From Burkholderiales bacterium (lineage in GTDB: Bacteria; Pseudomonadota; Gammaproteobacteria; Burkholderiales; SG8-39), in NCBI GenBank assembly GCA_035308765.1, contig DATGGA010000064.1, positions 39,310-103,309 on the forward strand: 64,000 nucleotides of DNA. The letters run 5' to 3'. This document shows, piece after piece, positions 10,694 to 22,308 of this stretch (its first letter is position 1; each line of letters begins with the position of its first letter). The position numbers were made by a program, and so were the translations under genes. The notes below the pieces were generated by a model. The model did not search any database. It was given only the letters and a program-made list of their open reading frames with translations, and had not been told where the DNA came from.

Positions 10694-11347
10694 TCATTCG
10701 ACCAGGGTTCCTTTCGCGAGCCGCAGCACGCGCTTCGCAAAGCGCCCGATCAGCGCCTCGTCGTGCGTGGCGACGAGCACCGTGACGCCGACCTGGTTGA
10801 AGGCGGCGAATATTTCGAGGATGGCGGCGGCCGATTCGGCGTCCAGATTCGCGGTGGGCTCATCCGCGATCAGGACCGAGGGCCGGTTCACGACCGCGCG
10901 CGCGATCGCGAGCCGCTGCTGCTCGCCGCCGGACAGCTGGATCGGGTTGGCTTTTTCGCGCGCGAGCAGGCCCACTTTTTCCAGCGCCGCGCGGGCGCGC
11001 CGCGCCGCTTCGCGCGTGCCGAGCTCGCCGAAGGCGAGCGGCAGCATGACGTTGTCGTAGACGCTGCGGTCATACAGCAGCTTCTGGTCCTGGAACACCA
11101 GGCCCAGGTTGCGCCGCAGGTAGGGCAGAGCGGCGCGCTTGAGCGCACCGACGTTCTGGCCGTTGACCAGGATCGCGCCGCCACTGGGCCGCTCGATCGC
11201 GGGGATCAGCTTGAGCAGCGTGGATTTGCCGGCGCCCGAGTGGCCGGCGATGAACGCGAACTCGCCCTGCTCGATGCTGAAGGAAACGCCCCTGAGCGCG
11301 TCCTGCCCGCCGGGATAGCGCTTGACCACGCCCGAGAAGCTAATCAA
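10694..11347 (-). CDS. ftsE: cell division ATP-binding protein FtsE
   Basis: Walker [13 protein letters not shown] signature LSGGEQQR, Walker B LIADEPT. Probable TTG start at 11347, overlapping the ftsY stop. Confidence 0.9.
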   Translation of the reverse strand: MISFSGVVKRYPGGQDALRGVSFSIEQGEFAFIAGHSGAGKSTLLKLIPAIERPSGGAILVNGQNVGALKRAALPYLRRNLGLVFQDQKLLYDRSVYDNVMLPLAFGELGTREAARRARAALEKVGLLAREKANPIQLSGGEQQRLAIARAVVNRPSVLIADEPTANLDAESAAAILEIFAAFNQVGVTVLVATHDEALIGRFAKRVLRLAKGTLVE

Positions 11348-12278
11348 CCAGCGCCTCCACGAACTCGCCCGCGACGAACGGGCGCAAATCGTCGATTCCT
11401 TCCCCCACCCCAATGAACAACAGGGGGACGGGTTTTATTTTTGGATCGTTGGATCGCGCCTGCGCGATGCCAAGAATTACTCCACCCTTCGCACTGCCAT
11501 CCAGTTTGGTAAGGATCAGCCCGGTAAGCCCGAGCGCTTCGTCGAAGGCCTTTACTTGCGCCAGCGCGTTCTGTCCCGTGCCTGCGTCCAGCACCAGCAG
11601 CGTTTCGTGCGGCGCGCCGGGCATTGCCTTCGCGATCACGCGCTTCACTTTCTTGATCTCTTCCATGAGGTGCAGCTGCGTCGGCAGCCGGCCGGCGGTA
11701 TCGGCGATCAGCACATCCATGCCGCGCGCCTTCGCCGCGCTGATGGCGTCGAACACGACGGCGCCCGGATCGCCACCCTGTTGCCCGATCACCGGCACGC
11801 CGTTGCGCTCGCCCCAGGCGGCGAGCTGCTCGCGCGCCGCGGCGCGAAAGGTGTCCCCGGCCGCGAGCATGACTTTGCCGCCGCGGCCCTGCAGCCATTT
11901 GGCGAGCTTGCCGATGGAGGTGGTCTTGCCGCCGCCGTTGACGCCGGCCACCACGATGACGCAGGGTTTGTGGGCGCCGATATCCAGCCTGCGCTCCAGA
12001 GGCGCGAGGCGCTTGAGGAGCGCCGCTTTCAGCGCCGTCTTGAGCGACATGCCGTCCTCGAGCCGATCCCGTTTCGCGCTGCTGCGGAGCTCTCCGATCA
12101 GATCCCGCGCCGCCTCGACGCCGCTGTCTGCGGCGAGCAGCGCGGACTCGAGTTCCTCGAACAGCGCCTCATCGATCTTGCGGCGGCCGAGCAGCGTGCC
12201 GAGGTCGGCGTTGAGGACTTCGCGCGTGCGTGCCAATCCCGCCTTGAGGCGCGCCGCCCAGGAAGTCACTGCTAACAT
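11340..12278 (-). CDS. ftsY: signal recognition particle receptor FtsY (short form, NG domain)
   Basis: 312 aa from the ATG at 12278 (MLAVTSWAARLKAG...). SRP GTPase motifs GVNGGGKTT, DTAGR, TKLD. Confidence 0.9.
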   Translation of the reverse strand: MLAVTSWAARLKAGLARTREVLNADLGTLLGRRKIDEALFEELESALLAADSGVEAARDLIGELRSSAKRDRLEDGMSLKTALKAALLKRLAPLERRLDIGAHKPCVIVVAGVNGGGKTTSIGKLAKWLQGRGGKVMLAAGDTFRAAAREQLAAWGERNGVPVIGQQGGDPGAVVFDAISAAKARGMDVLIADTAGRLPTQLHLMEEIKKVKRVIAKAMPGAPHETLLVLDAGTGQNALAQVKAFDEALGLTGLILTKLDGSAKGGVILGIAQARSNDPKIKPVPLLFIGVGEGIDDLRPFVAGEFVEALVD

Positions 12279-12284
12279 GGATGC

Positions 12285-14163
<1,879 letters not shown>

Positions 14164-14215
14164 GGAGGGGGACTGCCTTGTGCGGGGCACCAAATATACC
14201 TACACTGGCCGCCCA

Positions 14216-15970
14216 ATGTCCGTATTCTTACGCCGGCTCGCCGCGTTCGCCGCGACGCTCCTAGCCGCAGTTTTCCTCATGAGCGGCGGTCACGCCCAGC
14301 AGCAATCCGACGATCCGGACGACGACGAGGACGAATCGCCCGCCGCCGTGGCGCTGCCGTCGCCGCCGGCAGACCTGCCTTTGCAGGATCTCACCGGACA
14401 GACGCTCTACGAATTCCTGATCGGCGAAATCGCGGCGCAGCGCGGCGACCCCGCGCTTGCGGCGCAGACCTATCTCGACCTCGCCAAGCGCACGCGCGAC
14501 CCGCGCGTCGCCCGTCGCGCCGTCGAGATCGCGAATTTCGCCCGCATGCCGGACGTGGCGCTGGAGGCGGCGCGCATCTGGCATGACACCGACCCTGCCT
14601 CCCCTCAGGCGCTGCAAACCGTCACCGTGCTGCTGGTGGGCGCCAAGCGCGTGGACGAGGCCGAGCCCTACCTCGCCAAGCTGCTCGCGACCGACCAGAA
14701 CGCGGCGGCGAACGGTTTCCTGCAGCTCGGACGGCTGCTTGCGGGAAATCCGGACGCAGCGGCCAATTTGCGCGTGGTGCGCCAGCTTGCCGAAAGCTAC
14801 CCGAAGCTGCCGCAGGCGCATTTTGCGGTGGCGCAGGCGGCCGCGGCGGCGAACGACGAAGCGCTCGCGCTCGCCGAGGTGCGCGGCGCTGCGACGCTGC
14901 GCCCCGACTGGGAGATCGCGGCGATGTACGAGGCGCAGCTGCTGCAGCAGCGGTCCCCCGGCGAAGCGGCGAAGCGGCTTGCCGACTACCTGGGCAAATA
15001 CCCCGATGCGCGCGACGTGCGCCTCAGCTACGCCCGCTTGCTGGTTCTCGACAAGCACTATGCCGAAGCCCGCGCCGAGTTCGAAACAATCCTGAAGCGC
15101 TTCCCGAAGGATACCGACGCCATCTACGCGGTCGGCCTGCTTGCCGTCCAGGTCAAGGATTACGCGGTCGCCGAAGCCAACATGAAGCGGCTGCTCGACA
15201 TGGGCTACCGTGACGCGAACGCAGTACGCTATACGCTCGGCCAGATCGCCGAGGAGAAGAAGGACTGGTCGGGCGCAATCGAGTGGTACAAGACCGTCCA
15301 GCGCGGCGAGCTGGCGCTGCCGGCGCGCATGCGCACCGCGAACGCGATCGCCAAGCAGGGGAAGATCGACGAGGCGCGCGCTTACCTGCGCAGCGTCGCC
15401 GTCACCGGCGAGGCGCAGAGGGTGCAGCTGCTGGTGGCGGAGTCGCAGCTGCTGCGCGAGGCGAACCTGAACCGCGAGGCCTTCGACCTTCTCGGCCAGG
15501 CGCTGCAGAAGACCCCCGACCAGCCGGACCTGCTGTACGACTTCGCGCTGACTGCGGAAAAGCTCGACCGCTTCGACGTGCTCGAGTCGAGCCTGAAGCG
15601 GCTGATCCAGGTCAAGCCGGATTACGCGCACGCCTACAACGCGCTCGGCTACTCCTTCGCCGACCGCAACGTGCGGCTCGGCGAAGCGAAACAGCTGATC
15701 GACAAGGCGCTCGAGATTTCGCCCAACGACTATTTCATCGTCGATTCGCTGGGCTGGGTGCTGTACCGCATGGGCGACCTGAAAAGCGCCGCGACGCAGC
15801 TGCGGCGCGCCTGGGAAGGCCGCCAGGACAGCGAGATCGGCGCCCACCTGGGCGAGGTGCTCTGGGAACTCGGGCAGCGCGACGAAGCGCGGCGCGTCTG
15901 GCAGGAAGCGCAGAAGGCGAGTCCGGACAACGAGACGCTGCAGAAGACGTTGAAGCGTTTCTCTCCGTAG
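14216..15970 (+). CDS. tetratricopeptide-repeat protein with signal peptide
   Basis: 584 aa from the ATG at 14216 (MSVFLRRLAAFAATLLAAVF...). An acidic linker is followed by many TPR-like repeats. Conserved position upstream of lolB. Confidence 0.7.
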   Translation: MSVFLRRLAAFAATLLAAVFLMSGGHAQQQSDDPDDDEDESPAAVALPSPPADLPLQDLTGQTLYEFLIGEIAAQRGDPALAAQTYLDLAKRTRDPRVARRAVEIANFARMPDVALEAARIWHDTDPASPQALQTVTVLLVGAKRVDEAEPYLAKLLATDQNAAANGFLQLGRLLAGNPDAAANLRVVRQLAESYPKLPQAHFAVAQAAAAANDEALALAEVRGAATLRPDWEIAAMYEAQLLQQRSPGEAAKRLADYLGKYPDARDVRLSYARLLVLDKHYAEARAEFETILKRFPKDTDAIYAVGLLAVQVKDYAVAEANMKRLLDMGYRDANAVRYTLGQIAEEKKDWSGAIEWYKTVQRGELALPARMRTANAIAKQGKIDEARAYLRSVAVTGEAQRVQLLVAESQLLREANLNREAFDLLGQALQKTPDQPDLLYDFALTAEKLDRFDVLESSLKRLIQVKPDYAHAYNALGYSFADRNVRLGEAKQLIDKALEISPNDYFIVDSLGWVLYRMGDLKSAATQLRRAWEGRQDSEIGAHLGEVLWELGQRDEARRVWQEAQKASPDNETLQKTLKRFSP

Positions 15971-15980
15971 GGCCGGGCCG

Positions 15981-16508
15981 GTGCGATGCTTTTATGCCGC
16001 CGCGGCAACGATGCTGCTGACGGCTTGCGCCGTGCCGGGCTTCCTCCTGCCGCCGAAAGATCTGGAATTCGAACTGAGCGGGCGCATCGCGATCCAGTAT
16101 CGCGACGATGCGGGCAGCGGCAACATCGCCTGGCGGCACAGCGCGCGTGAGGATGAAATGCTCATGACCACGCCGCTTGGCCAGGGGATCGCGCGCCTGG
16201 TGCGCACGGACGGCGAAATTACACTGACGACGCAGGATGGGCGCGAATACACGGCCTCCAACGCCGAAGCCCTCACCGAGAAGGCGCTCGGATTCCGGCT
16301 GCCGCTCGAGGGCCTGGCCGACTGGGTGCGCGCGCGCCCGGCGCCGGGCATTTCGTTCACGCACACGAACAGCGAAGGGCGCCCCGATCGGATCGAGCAG
16401 TTCGGCTGGACCATCGAGTATCTGGGGTACGCCGGCAACTTGCCCTCGCGCCTCAACCTGACCTACCCCGGCGTGCAGCTTAGGCTCGCAATTTCCGACT
16501 GGAAATGA
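15981..16508 (+). CDS. lolB: outer-membrane lipoprotein LolB
   Basis: 175 aa with lipobox LLTAC. Size and position (TPR-lolB-ispE) are typical. Confidence 0.7.
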   Translation: MRCFYAAAATMLLTACAVPGFLLPPKDLEFELSGRIAIQYRDDAGSGNIAWRHSAREDEMLMTTPLGQGIARLVRTDGEITLTTQDGREYTASNAEALTEKALGFRLPLEGLADWVRARPAPGISFTHTNSEGRPDRIEQFGWTIEYLGYAGNLPSRLNLTYPGVQLRLAISDWK

Positions 16509-17350
16509 GGCCGTCCCTGCAGTGGTTCGCGGCGCCGGGAAAGCTGAACCTGTTCCTGCACGTGCTGGGGCGCCGCGTGGACGGCCCGAATGCGGGCATG
16601 CACGAGCTGCAGACGGTGTTCCGGCTGATCGATCGCAGCGACCGGGTCGGTATTCGCGTGCGGGACGACGGCGAAATCCGCTTTTCAGGCGCCTATGGCG
16701 GCGACAATCTATGCGTGCGGGCCGCGCGCCTGCTGCAGAGTGCGGCGGGTACCGCGAAAGGTGCCGATATTTCGCTTGAAAAGAACCTGCCGGTAGGCGG
16801 CGGGCTGGGCGGCGGCTCCTCGGATGCGGCGACGGTGCTGCTCGTGCTGAACCGGTTGTGGAACGTGAATCTGAAAAGAGAAGAACTCATGGAGCTGGGC
16901 CTGCGTTTGGGGGCCGACGTGCCGGTATTTCTGTACGGCCGCAGCGCCCTTGGCGAGGGCGTCGGCGAGCGTCTCCGGGGGCTCGAATTAGGGCCCGCTT
17001 GGTACCTGGTTTTGACGCCCCAAGTATCGGTTTCCACGAAGGAAATCTTCTCCGACAGTGCGTTGACACGAGATACGAAACCGCTCACAATGGCGCCCTT
17101 TTTGTCGGGGCAGGGCCGCAATGATCTCGAGCCGATCGTGCTGCGCCGGTATCCCGAGATCGCGGAACACCTCGCGTGGCTGAGAAAACGCAGCCCGCAG
17201 GCGCGCATGAGCGGTTCGGGAGCTTGCGTGTTCACCGAATTTTCCCGGCAGCAGGATGCAGTTGCCCTGCATGGTCAATTGCCGCCAGCGATGCGGGGCT
17301 TCGTCGCGCAGGGACTCGAGTTACACCCACTACATGACTGGGCAAATTAA
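16505..17350 (+). CDS. ispE: 4-diphosphocytidyl-2-C-methyl-D-erythritol kinase
   Basis: GHMP kinase motif PVGGGLGGGSSDAA and N-terminal APGKLNLFLHV. Confidence 0.88.
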   Translation: MRPSLQWFAAPGKLNLFLHVLGRRVDGPNAGMHELQTVFRLIDRSDRVGIRVRDDGEIRFSGAYGGDNLCVRAARLLQSAAGTAKGADISLEKNLPVGGGLGGGSSDAATVLLVLNRLWNVNLKREELMELGLRLGADVPVFLYGRSALGEGVGERLRGLELGPAWYLVLTPQVSVSTKEIFSDSALTRDTKPLTMAPFLSGQGRNDLEPIVLRRYPEIAEHLAWLRKRSPQARMSGSGACVFTEFSRQQDAVALHGQLPPAMRGFVAQGLELHPLHDWAN

Positions 17351-17352
17351 AT

Positions 17353-17430
17353 TGGGGCGTCGCCAAGCTGGTCTAAGGCACCGGATTTTGATTCCGGCAT
17401 TCCTAGGTTCGAATCCTAGCGCCCCAGCCA
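17353..17430 (+). tRNA. tRNA-Gln (anticodon UUG)
   Basis: Acceptor stem TGGGGCG/CGCCCCA. Anticodon arm ccgga-ttTTGat-tccgg. T-arm GGTTCGAATCC. 3' GCCA is encoded. Close resemblance to E. coli tRNA-Gln. Confidence 0.9.
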
Positions 17431-17461
17431 TTTCATGAACCCACTCAATCCTCACGTCGCG

Positions 17462-18406
17462 ATGGACCGCCTGATGCTGTTCGCGGGCAATGCGAACCCG
17501 CGCCTGGCGCAGGATGTGGTCAAGCACCTCAACATCTCGCTCGGGCGCGCCGTAGTCGGCAAGTTTTCCGACGGCGAGGTCATGGTCGAGGTGATGGAAA
17601 ACGTGCGCGGCAAGGACGTGTTCGTGTTGCAGTCCACCTGCCAGCCGACCAACGACAACCTGATGGAACTGATGGTGATGGTGGACGCGCTCAAACGCTC
17701 GTCGGCCGCGCGCGTCTCGGCCGCCATCCCGTACTTCGGCTACGCGCGCCAGGACCGCCGCCCGCGCTCGGCGCGCGTCGCGATCAGCGCCAAGGTGGTG
17801 GCCAACATGCTGACCGCCGCCGGGGTTTCCCGCGTGCTGACGATGGACCTGCACGCCGACCAGATCCAGGGCTTCTTCGACATGCCGGTGGACAACATCT
17901 ACGCCGCGCCGGTGCTGCTGGGAGACGTCTGGAAGCAGGGCTACGACAACCTGATCGTGGTGTCGCCTGACGTCGGCGGCGTGGTACGCGCCCGCGCGCT
18001 CGCCAAGCGCCTCGAATCGGACTTGGCGATCATCGACAAGCGTCGCCCGCGGGCCAACGTGTCGGAAGTCATGAACGTGATCGGCGAGGTCAGGGACCGC
18101 AGCTGCGTGATCATGGACGACATGGTGGACACCGCGGGGACGCTATGCAAGGCGGCCGAAGTGCTCAAGGCTGAGGGCGCGAAGAAAGTCGTCGCCTACT
18201 GCACGCACGCGGTGCTCTCGGGTGACGCGGTGAAGCGCATCGCGGCCTCGGACATCGACGAGCTGGTGGTCACGGACACCATCCCGCTGCGCGCGGATGC
18301 GCTCGCCTGCAAGAAAATCCGCAGCCTGTCGGTGGCGGGTCTGCTCGCCGAAACGATACTCAGGATATTCACCGAGGATTCGGTGAGTTCGCTGTTCATA
18401 GAATAG
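17462..18406 (+). CDS. prs: ribose-phosphate pyrophosphokinase
   Basis: Motifs [18 protein letters not shown] and DLHA.QIQGFF. An alternative in-frame ATG at 17435 lies only 4 nt after the tRNA, so 17462 is preferred. Confidence 0.9.
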   Translation: MDRLMLFAGNANPRLAQDVVKHLNISLGRAVVGKFSDGEVMVEVMENVRGKDVFVLQSTCQPTNDNLMELMVMVDALKRSSAARVSAAIPYFGYARQDRRPRSARVAISAKVVANMLTAAGVSRVLTMDLHADQIQGFFDMPVDNIYAAPVLLGDVWKQGYDNLIVVSPDVGGVVRARALAKRLESDLAIIDKRRPRANVSEVMNVIGEVRDRSCVIMDDMVDTAGTLCKAAEVLKAEGAKKVVAYCTHAVLSGDAVKRIAASDIDELVVTDTIPLRADALACKKIRSLSVAGLLAETILRIFTEDSVSSLFIE

Positions 18407-18474
18407 GCAACGAAGTTTTTCCAACCCCGCCGGGGTCTGGTCGCGGAAACGGCGGCAACTGAAGGAGCATTGCG

Positions 18475-19236
18475 ATGAAAATCGAAATCAACGCGCGCAA
18501 GCGCGAGGCGCAAGGGACGGGTGCGAGCCGCCGTCTCCGCCGCTCGGGAAATGTCCCGGGCATCGTCTATGGCGGCAACAAGGAGGCGGTGACGATAGAG
18601 CTCGACCACAAGGAGCTCTACCAGCACCTTACCAACGAGGCCTTCCACGCCTCGATCCTGGTCCTCAAGCTGGAGGACGGGTCGGAGGACGTGCTGCTGC
18701 GCGCCTTCAACATGCACCCCTGGAAGGGGCACGTGCAGCACATCGACTTCCAGCGCGTCTCCAAGGACAAGAAGATCCACATGAAGGTGCCTCTGCACTT
18801 CTTCAACGCCGAGAAATCGCCGGGCGTGAAGGAACAAGGCGGAGTGCCGAACCACGTCATCAATGAACTGGACATCACCTGCCTGCCGGATGACCTGCCG
18901 GGCTTCATTGAAGTCGACATGGGCCATCTCACCATCGGCCACTCGATCCACGTCAAGGACCTGAAGCTGCCCAAGGGGGTCGAGCCCGTGCTGCACAAGG
19001 GCGACAACCCGGTGGTGGCGACCGTCATCCAGCCGGTGCTGATCACCGAAGAGGAGACCACCGCGGCCGAGGCGGTACCGGCAGCCGAAGTGCCGACGAC
19101 CGAGCAGGCGGCGCCCGACAAGGACGCGCCGGCGGCCGGCGGCGACAAGACGAAAGGTGGCGACAAGCCAGGCGACAAGGCGGCCAAGGCTGCGGACAAG
19201 CCCGCCGACAAGGCCGAGAAGAAAGAGAAGAAGTAG
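18475..19236 (+). CDS. rplY: 50S ribosomal protein L25/general stress protein Ctc
   Basis: 253 aa. The N-terminal L25 domain (RKREAQGTGASRRLRR.G.VPGIVYG) is followed by a Lys/Ala/Asp-rich tail. Confidence 0.9.
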   Translation: MKIEINARKREAQGTGASRRLRRSGNVPGIVYGGNKEAVTIELDHKELYQHLTNEAFHASILVLKLEDGSEDVLLRAFNMHPWKGHVQHIDFQRVSKDKKIHMKVPLHFFNAEKSPGVKEQGGVPNHVINELDITCLPDDLPGFIEVDMGHLTIGHSIHVKDLKLPKGVEPVLHKGDNPVVATVIQPVLITEEETTAAEAVPAAEVPTTEQAAPDKDAPAAGGDKTKGGDKPGDKAAKAADKPADKAEKKEKK

Positions 19237-19239
19237 GCC

Positions 19240-19974
19240 TTGCCCGACGCCATACGCCCCGGGTCTATCCGACTCATTGTTGGCCTGGGAAACCCGGGCA
19301 AGGACTACGAACGCACCCGCCACAACGCCGGTTTCTGGCTGGTGGAGCGTTTTGCCGTGCAATCGGGGGTGGCGCTGCACAAGGACGGCAAATACCAGGC
19401 GCTGGTCGGACGGATGGAAGCGACCGGCGCCTGGCTGGTGATGCCGCAGGGCTTCATGAATGCGAGCGGACACGCGGTGCAGATGCTGGCCGGCTTCTTC
19501 AAGATTCCCGCTGCCGAAATACTGGTGGTGCACGACGAGCTGGATTTCGCTCCCGGCGTGGCGAAGATGAAACAGGGCGGCGGCATCGCGGGGCACAACG
19601 GGCTGCGCGACATCTCGCACAGGCTGGGCACGCACGATTACTGGCGCCTGCGCTTGGGCATCGGCCATCCGGGTGACCGGAACGCGGTAGTCGGCTATGT
19701 GTTGCAGAAGCCGCCGGCGGACGAGCGCGAGGCGATCGATGGTGCCATCGCACGCGGTATCGAGATATTGCCGCTTTGCCTTGCCGGAGACATGCAGGGA
19801 GCGATGCAGAAGCTGCATAGCGTCGTTGAAAAGGAAAAACCTGCAGCGAAAAAAGTCGAACCCAAGCCCGAGCCCAAAGCTGAGCCGAAAGCCGCACCCA
19901 AGATGGAAACGCCACCGGAGAAGCCCTCTTCCAAGGGTCTGTTCGGTTCGATTTTCTCCGGCCGCAAGAAATGA
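19240..19974 (+). CDS. pth: peptidyl-tRNA hydrolase with Lys/Pro-rich C-terminal extension
   Basis: Motifs GLGNPG..Y..TRHN.GF and HNG. About 45 extra low-complexity residues at the C-terminus. Stop overlaps the ychF start. Confidence 0.85.
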   Translation: MPDAIRPGSIRLIVGLGNPGKDYERTRHNAGFWLVERFAVQSGVALHKDGKYQALVGRMEATGAWLVMPQGFMNASGHAVQMLAGFFKIPAAEILVVHDELDFAPGVAKMKQGGGIAGHNGLRDISHRLGTHDYWRLRLGIGHPGDRNAVVGYVLQKPPADEREAIDGAIARGIEILPLCLAGDMQGAMQKLHSVVEKEKPAAKKVEPKPEPKAEPKAAPKMETPPEKPSSKGLFGSIFSGRKK

Positions 19975-21080
19975 GCGTCAAGTGCGGGATCGTGGGATTG
20001 CCGAACGTGGGCAAGTCCACGCTGTTCAATGCCCTGACCAAATCCGGCATTGCGGCTGAAAACTATCCGTTCTGCACCATCGAGCCGAACGTGGGCATCG
20101 TCGAGGTGCCCGATCCGCGCCTGGGCGGCCTGGCGGAGATCGGGAAATCGCAGAAGGTAATCCCGGCGGCGGTCGAGTTCGTCGACATCGCCGGCCTCGT
20201 CGCGGGCGCTTCCAAGGGCGAGGGGCTCGGCAACCAGTTCCTCGCCAACATACGGGAAACGGACGCCATCGTGCACGTGGTGCGCTGCTTCGAGGATCCG
20301 AACGTGATCCACGTCGCGGGCAAGGTGGATCCGGTGTCCGACATCGAAGTGATCAACACCGAACTCGCGCTGGCCGACCTGGCCGCGGTCGAAAAGCAGC
20401 TGTCGAAGAACGCCAAGGTCGCGAAGACCGGCGGCGACAAGGAAGCGCAGCGCCTGGTCGCCGTGCTCGAAAAAGCGCTGGCAGCGCTCGACCAGGGGAA
20501 GCCCGTGCGTTCGCTGCCCTGGTCGAAGGAAGAACTGTTCGTCCTGAAGCCGCTGTTCCTTCTCACGATGAAGCCGACGATGTACGTGGCGAACGTTGCC
20601 GAGAACGGCTTCAAGGACAACCCGCTGCTCGCGGCCGTCGAAGCGCACGCCCGAAAGGAGAAAGGCACGGAAGGCGCCGCTCCGGTGGTCGCCATCTGCG
20701 CCGCGATGGAATCGCAGATTGCCGACATGCCAGACGAGGACAAGAAAATCTTCCTCGCCGATATGGGCATGGAAGAGCCGGGCCTCGCCAGGGTGATCCG
20801 CGCCGGCTACAAGCTGCTGGGGCTGCAGACCTATTTCACCGTCGGTCCCAAGGAAGCGCGGGCCTGGACCGTGCCGGTCGGCGCCACCGCACCACAGGCG
20901 GCGGGCGTGATCCACACGGATTTCGAGCGGGGTTTCATCCGCGCCGAAGTCACGACCTACGACGACTTCATCGCGGGCAAGGGCGAAGCGGGCGCGAAGG
21001 AGGCCGGCAAGCTGCGCGTCGAGGGCAAGGAATACGTGGTGCGCGACGGCGACGTCATGCACTTCCGCTTCAACGTCTGA
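19971..21080 (+). CDS. ychF: redox-regulated ATPase YchF
   Basis: G1 motif [18 protein letters not shown]-HflX-like GTPase fold and a C-terminal TGS-like domain ([11 protein letters not shown]). Confidence 0.95.
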   Translation: MSVKCGIVGLPNVGKSTLFNALTKSGIAAENYPFCTIEPNVGIVEVPDPRLGGLAEIGKSQKVIPAAVEFVDIAGLVAGASKGEGLGNQFLANIRETDAIVHVVRCFEDPNVIHVAGKVDPVSDIEVINTELALADLAAVEKQLSKNAKVAKTGGDKEAQRLVAVLEKALAALDQGKPVRSLPWSKEELFVLKPLFLLTMKPTMYVANVAENGFKDNPLLAAVEAHARKEKGTEGAAPVVAICAAMESQIADMPDEDKKIFLADMGMEEPGLARVIRAGYKLLGLQTYFTVGPKEARAWTVPVGATAPQAAGVIHTDFERGFIRAEVTTYDDFIAGKGEAGAKEAGKLRVEGKEYVVRDGDVMHFRFNV

Positions 21081-21091
21081 CACCCTACAGC

Positions 21092-21697
21092 TTGACTCCG
21101 GCCCGGGCGTTCAGGGATGGCCCTCTCTCCTTCAGGCGTCCGGAGGAGATTGTCTTTGCAACGGGCAAATCCGCGCTGGGGCCGATTCTCGTGGCGTCGG
21201 GCGGGAAGGGCGTCGTATCGATAATCGTCCGGGAGAAAGCGGACCAGCTCGTCCAGGAGTTGCGCAAAAGATTCCCGAAAGCGAATCTCGTCCGGAAGGA
21301 GAAGGACTGCAAGCCCGCCATCGCTCGGGTTATAGCGTTTATCGCGGCGCCCTTTGGCCGCCTCGATCTTCCGCTCGACGTGAGGGGCACGCCGTTCCAG
21401 CAACGCGTGTGGCAGGAGGTGCGAAAGATCCCGCCCGGTCAAACCTCCACGTACACGAAAATAGCGGAGTCGATCGGCGCACCCAGGGCGATTCGCGCGG
21501 TCGGCAGTTCCTGCTCGAATAATTGGTTTGCCTTCGCCATTCCCTGCCACCGGGTGCTGCACAAAAACAGCGGCGGCTCAGGAAGACTCGGCCGGCGCGA
21601 CGGCCGTCAATATGCCTGGGTCGACTACGAAGAAAGGGCCATCGCCAAGCGACGGTCTAGAACGACCAGACCTGCAGTACCCGGTGCATCTCCCTGA
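21092..21697 (+). CDS. ogt: methylated-DNA--protein-cysteine methyltransferase (Ogt/Ada C-terminal type)
   Basis: Has RGTPFQQRVWQ, TYTKIAESIG and the active-site PCHRV. TTG start. The region after PCHR is divergent from the usual pattern. Confidence 0.7.
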   Translation: MTPARAFRDGPLSFRRPEEIVFATGKSALGPILVASGGKGVVSIIVREKADQLVQELRKRFPKANLVRKEKDCKPAIARVIAFIAAPFGRLDLPLDVRGTPFQQRVWQEVRKIPPGQTSTYTKIAESIGAPRAIRAVGSSCSNNWFAFAIPCHRVLHKNSGGSGRLGRRDGRQYAWVDYEERAIAKRRSRTTRPAVPGASP

Positions 21698-22196
21698 GAT
21701 CCTGGGTCTTGAGCGGGGAGCGCGTCGCGGCGGACGGCCCGGATTTCCCGGTAAGTTCAAGCACCATGCCGTTCATCGTCGCGAGCCGGCGCGCGAGCAC
21801 TTCCGCGATCGCGGCGGCGATCCTCAGCGCGGCGGTCGACCCGGATTCCAGCAGCGCGCGGAATTCGCGCACGGGCAGGTGCAGCACCGTTGTTTGCGCG
21901 ATTGCGCGGCCCGTCGCCGAACGCGCTTCCGACGTGACGAGCGACATCTCTCCCAGGACCCCGCCCTCCCCGAGTTTCGCGAGGGAGTGCTCGCCGGCAG
22001 GGCCGCGCTTGAGCACCTCGATTTCTCCGGCCACCACCAGGTAAAGACCGTCGCCGGGATCGCCCTCGCGAAACAATTCGCCGCCGGCGTCGAATTGTTT
22101 CCCCTGGACGATGGCGGCGATAGCATCGAGTTCGGCGCCGGAAAGCGTGCGGCAAAGCGCCATTTTTTTCAGCGCGGAAATGTGTTCCTGTGCCAT
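21657..22196 (-). CDS. cyclic nucleotide-binding domain protein (no output domain recognised)
   Basis: CAP-effector-domain pattern LFREGDPGDGLYLVVAGEIEV...GEGGVLGEMSL...RSAT. ATG at 22196. Confidence 0.65.
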   Translation of the reverse strand: MAQEHISALKKMALCRTLSGAELDAIAAIVQGKQFDAGGELFREGDPGDGLYLVVAGEIEVLKRGPAGEHSLAKLGEGGVLGEMSLVTSEARSATGRAIAQTTVLHLPVREFRALLESGSTAALRIAAAIAEVLARRLATMNGMVLELTGKSGPSAATRSPLKTQDLREMHRVLQVWSF

Positions 22197-22308
22197 GATC
22201 AAAGTCTACCCCAAGCCGGCGGCGCGGCGCTTCACGGGCAGTCGCGCAGCGCTTCCAGCGCAGGTATCATCGGCGTGAATTCAGAGTTGCGACAAGGAAG
22301 GATTGCAC

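Noticed and set aside
14261-15847. 528-aa minus-strand ORF antisense to the TPR protein gene
   Set aside because: Shadow ORF. The plus-strand frame has a signal peptide and regular TPR periodicity, whereas this frame is Arg/Leu/Gln low complexity.
17435-17461. Longer prs start (ATG 17435)
   Set aside because: It begins 4 nt after the 3' CCA of tRNA-Gln, with no room for a ribosome-binding site. The ATG at 17462 gives the usual short N-terminus before LFAGNANP. This remains uncertain.
18196-21083. Two long minus-strand ORFs (18196..19818 and 19695..21083) antisense to prs, rplY, pth and ychF
   Set aside because: They span several independently recognisable plus-strand housekeeping genes and their intergenic gaps. 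No motifs.
21540-21697. Suspected frameshift in the MGMT gene after PCHRV
   Set aside because: I translated the other two frames across this stretch, and neither restores the usual post-active-site pattern. The annotated frame keeps a loosely compatible ...YAWVDYEER... segment. I treat it as a divergent C-terminus rather than a pseudogene.
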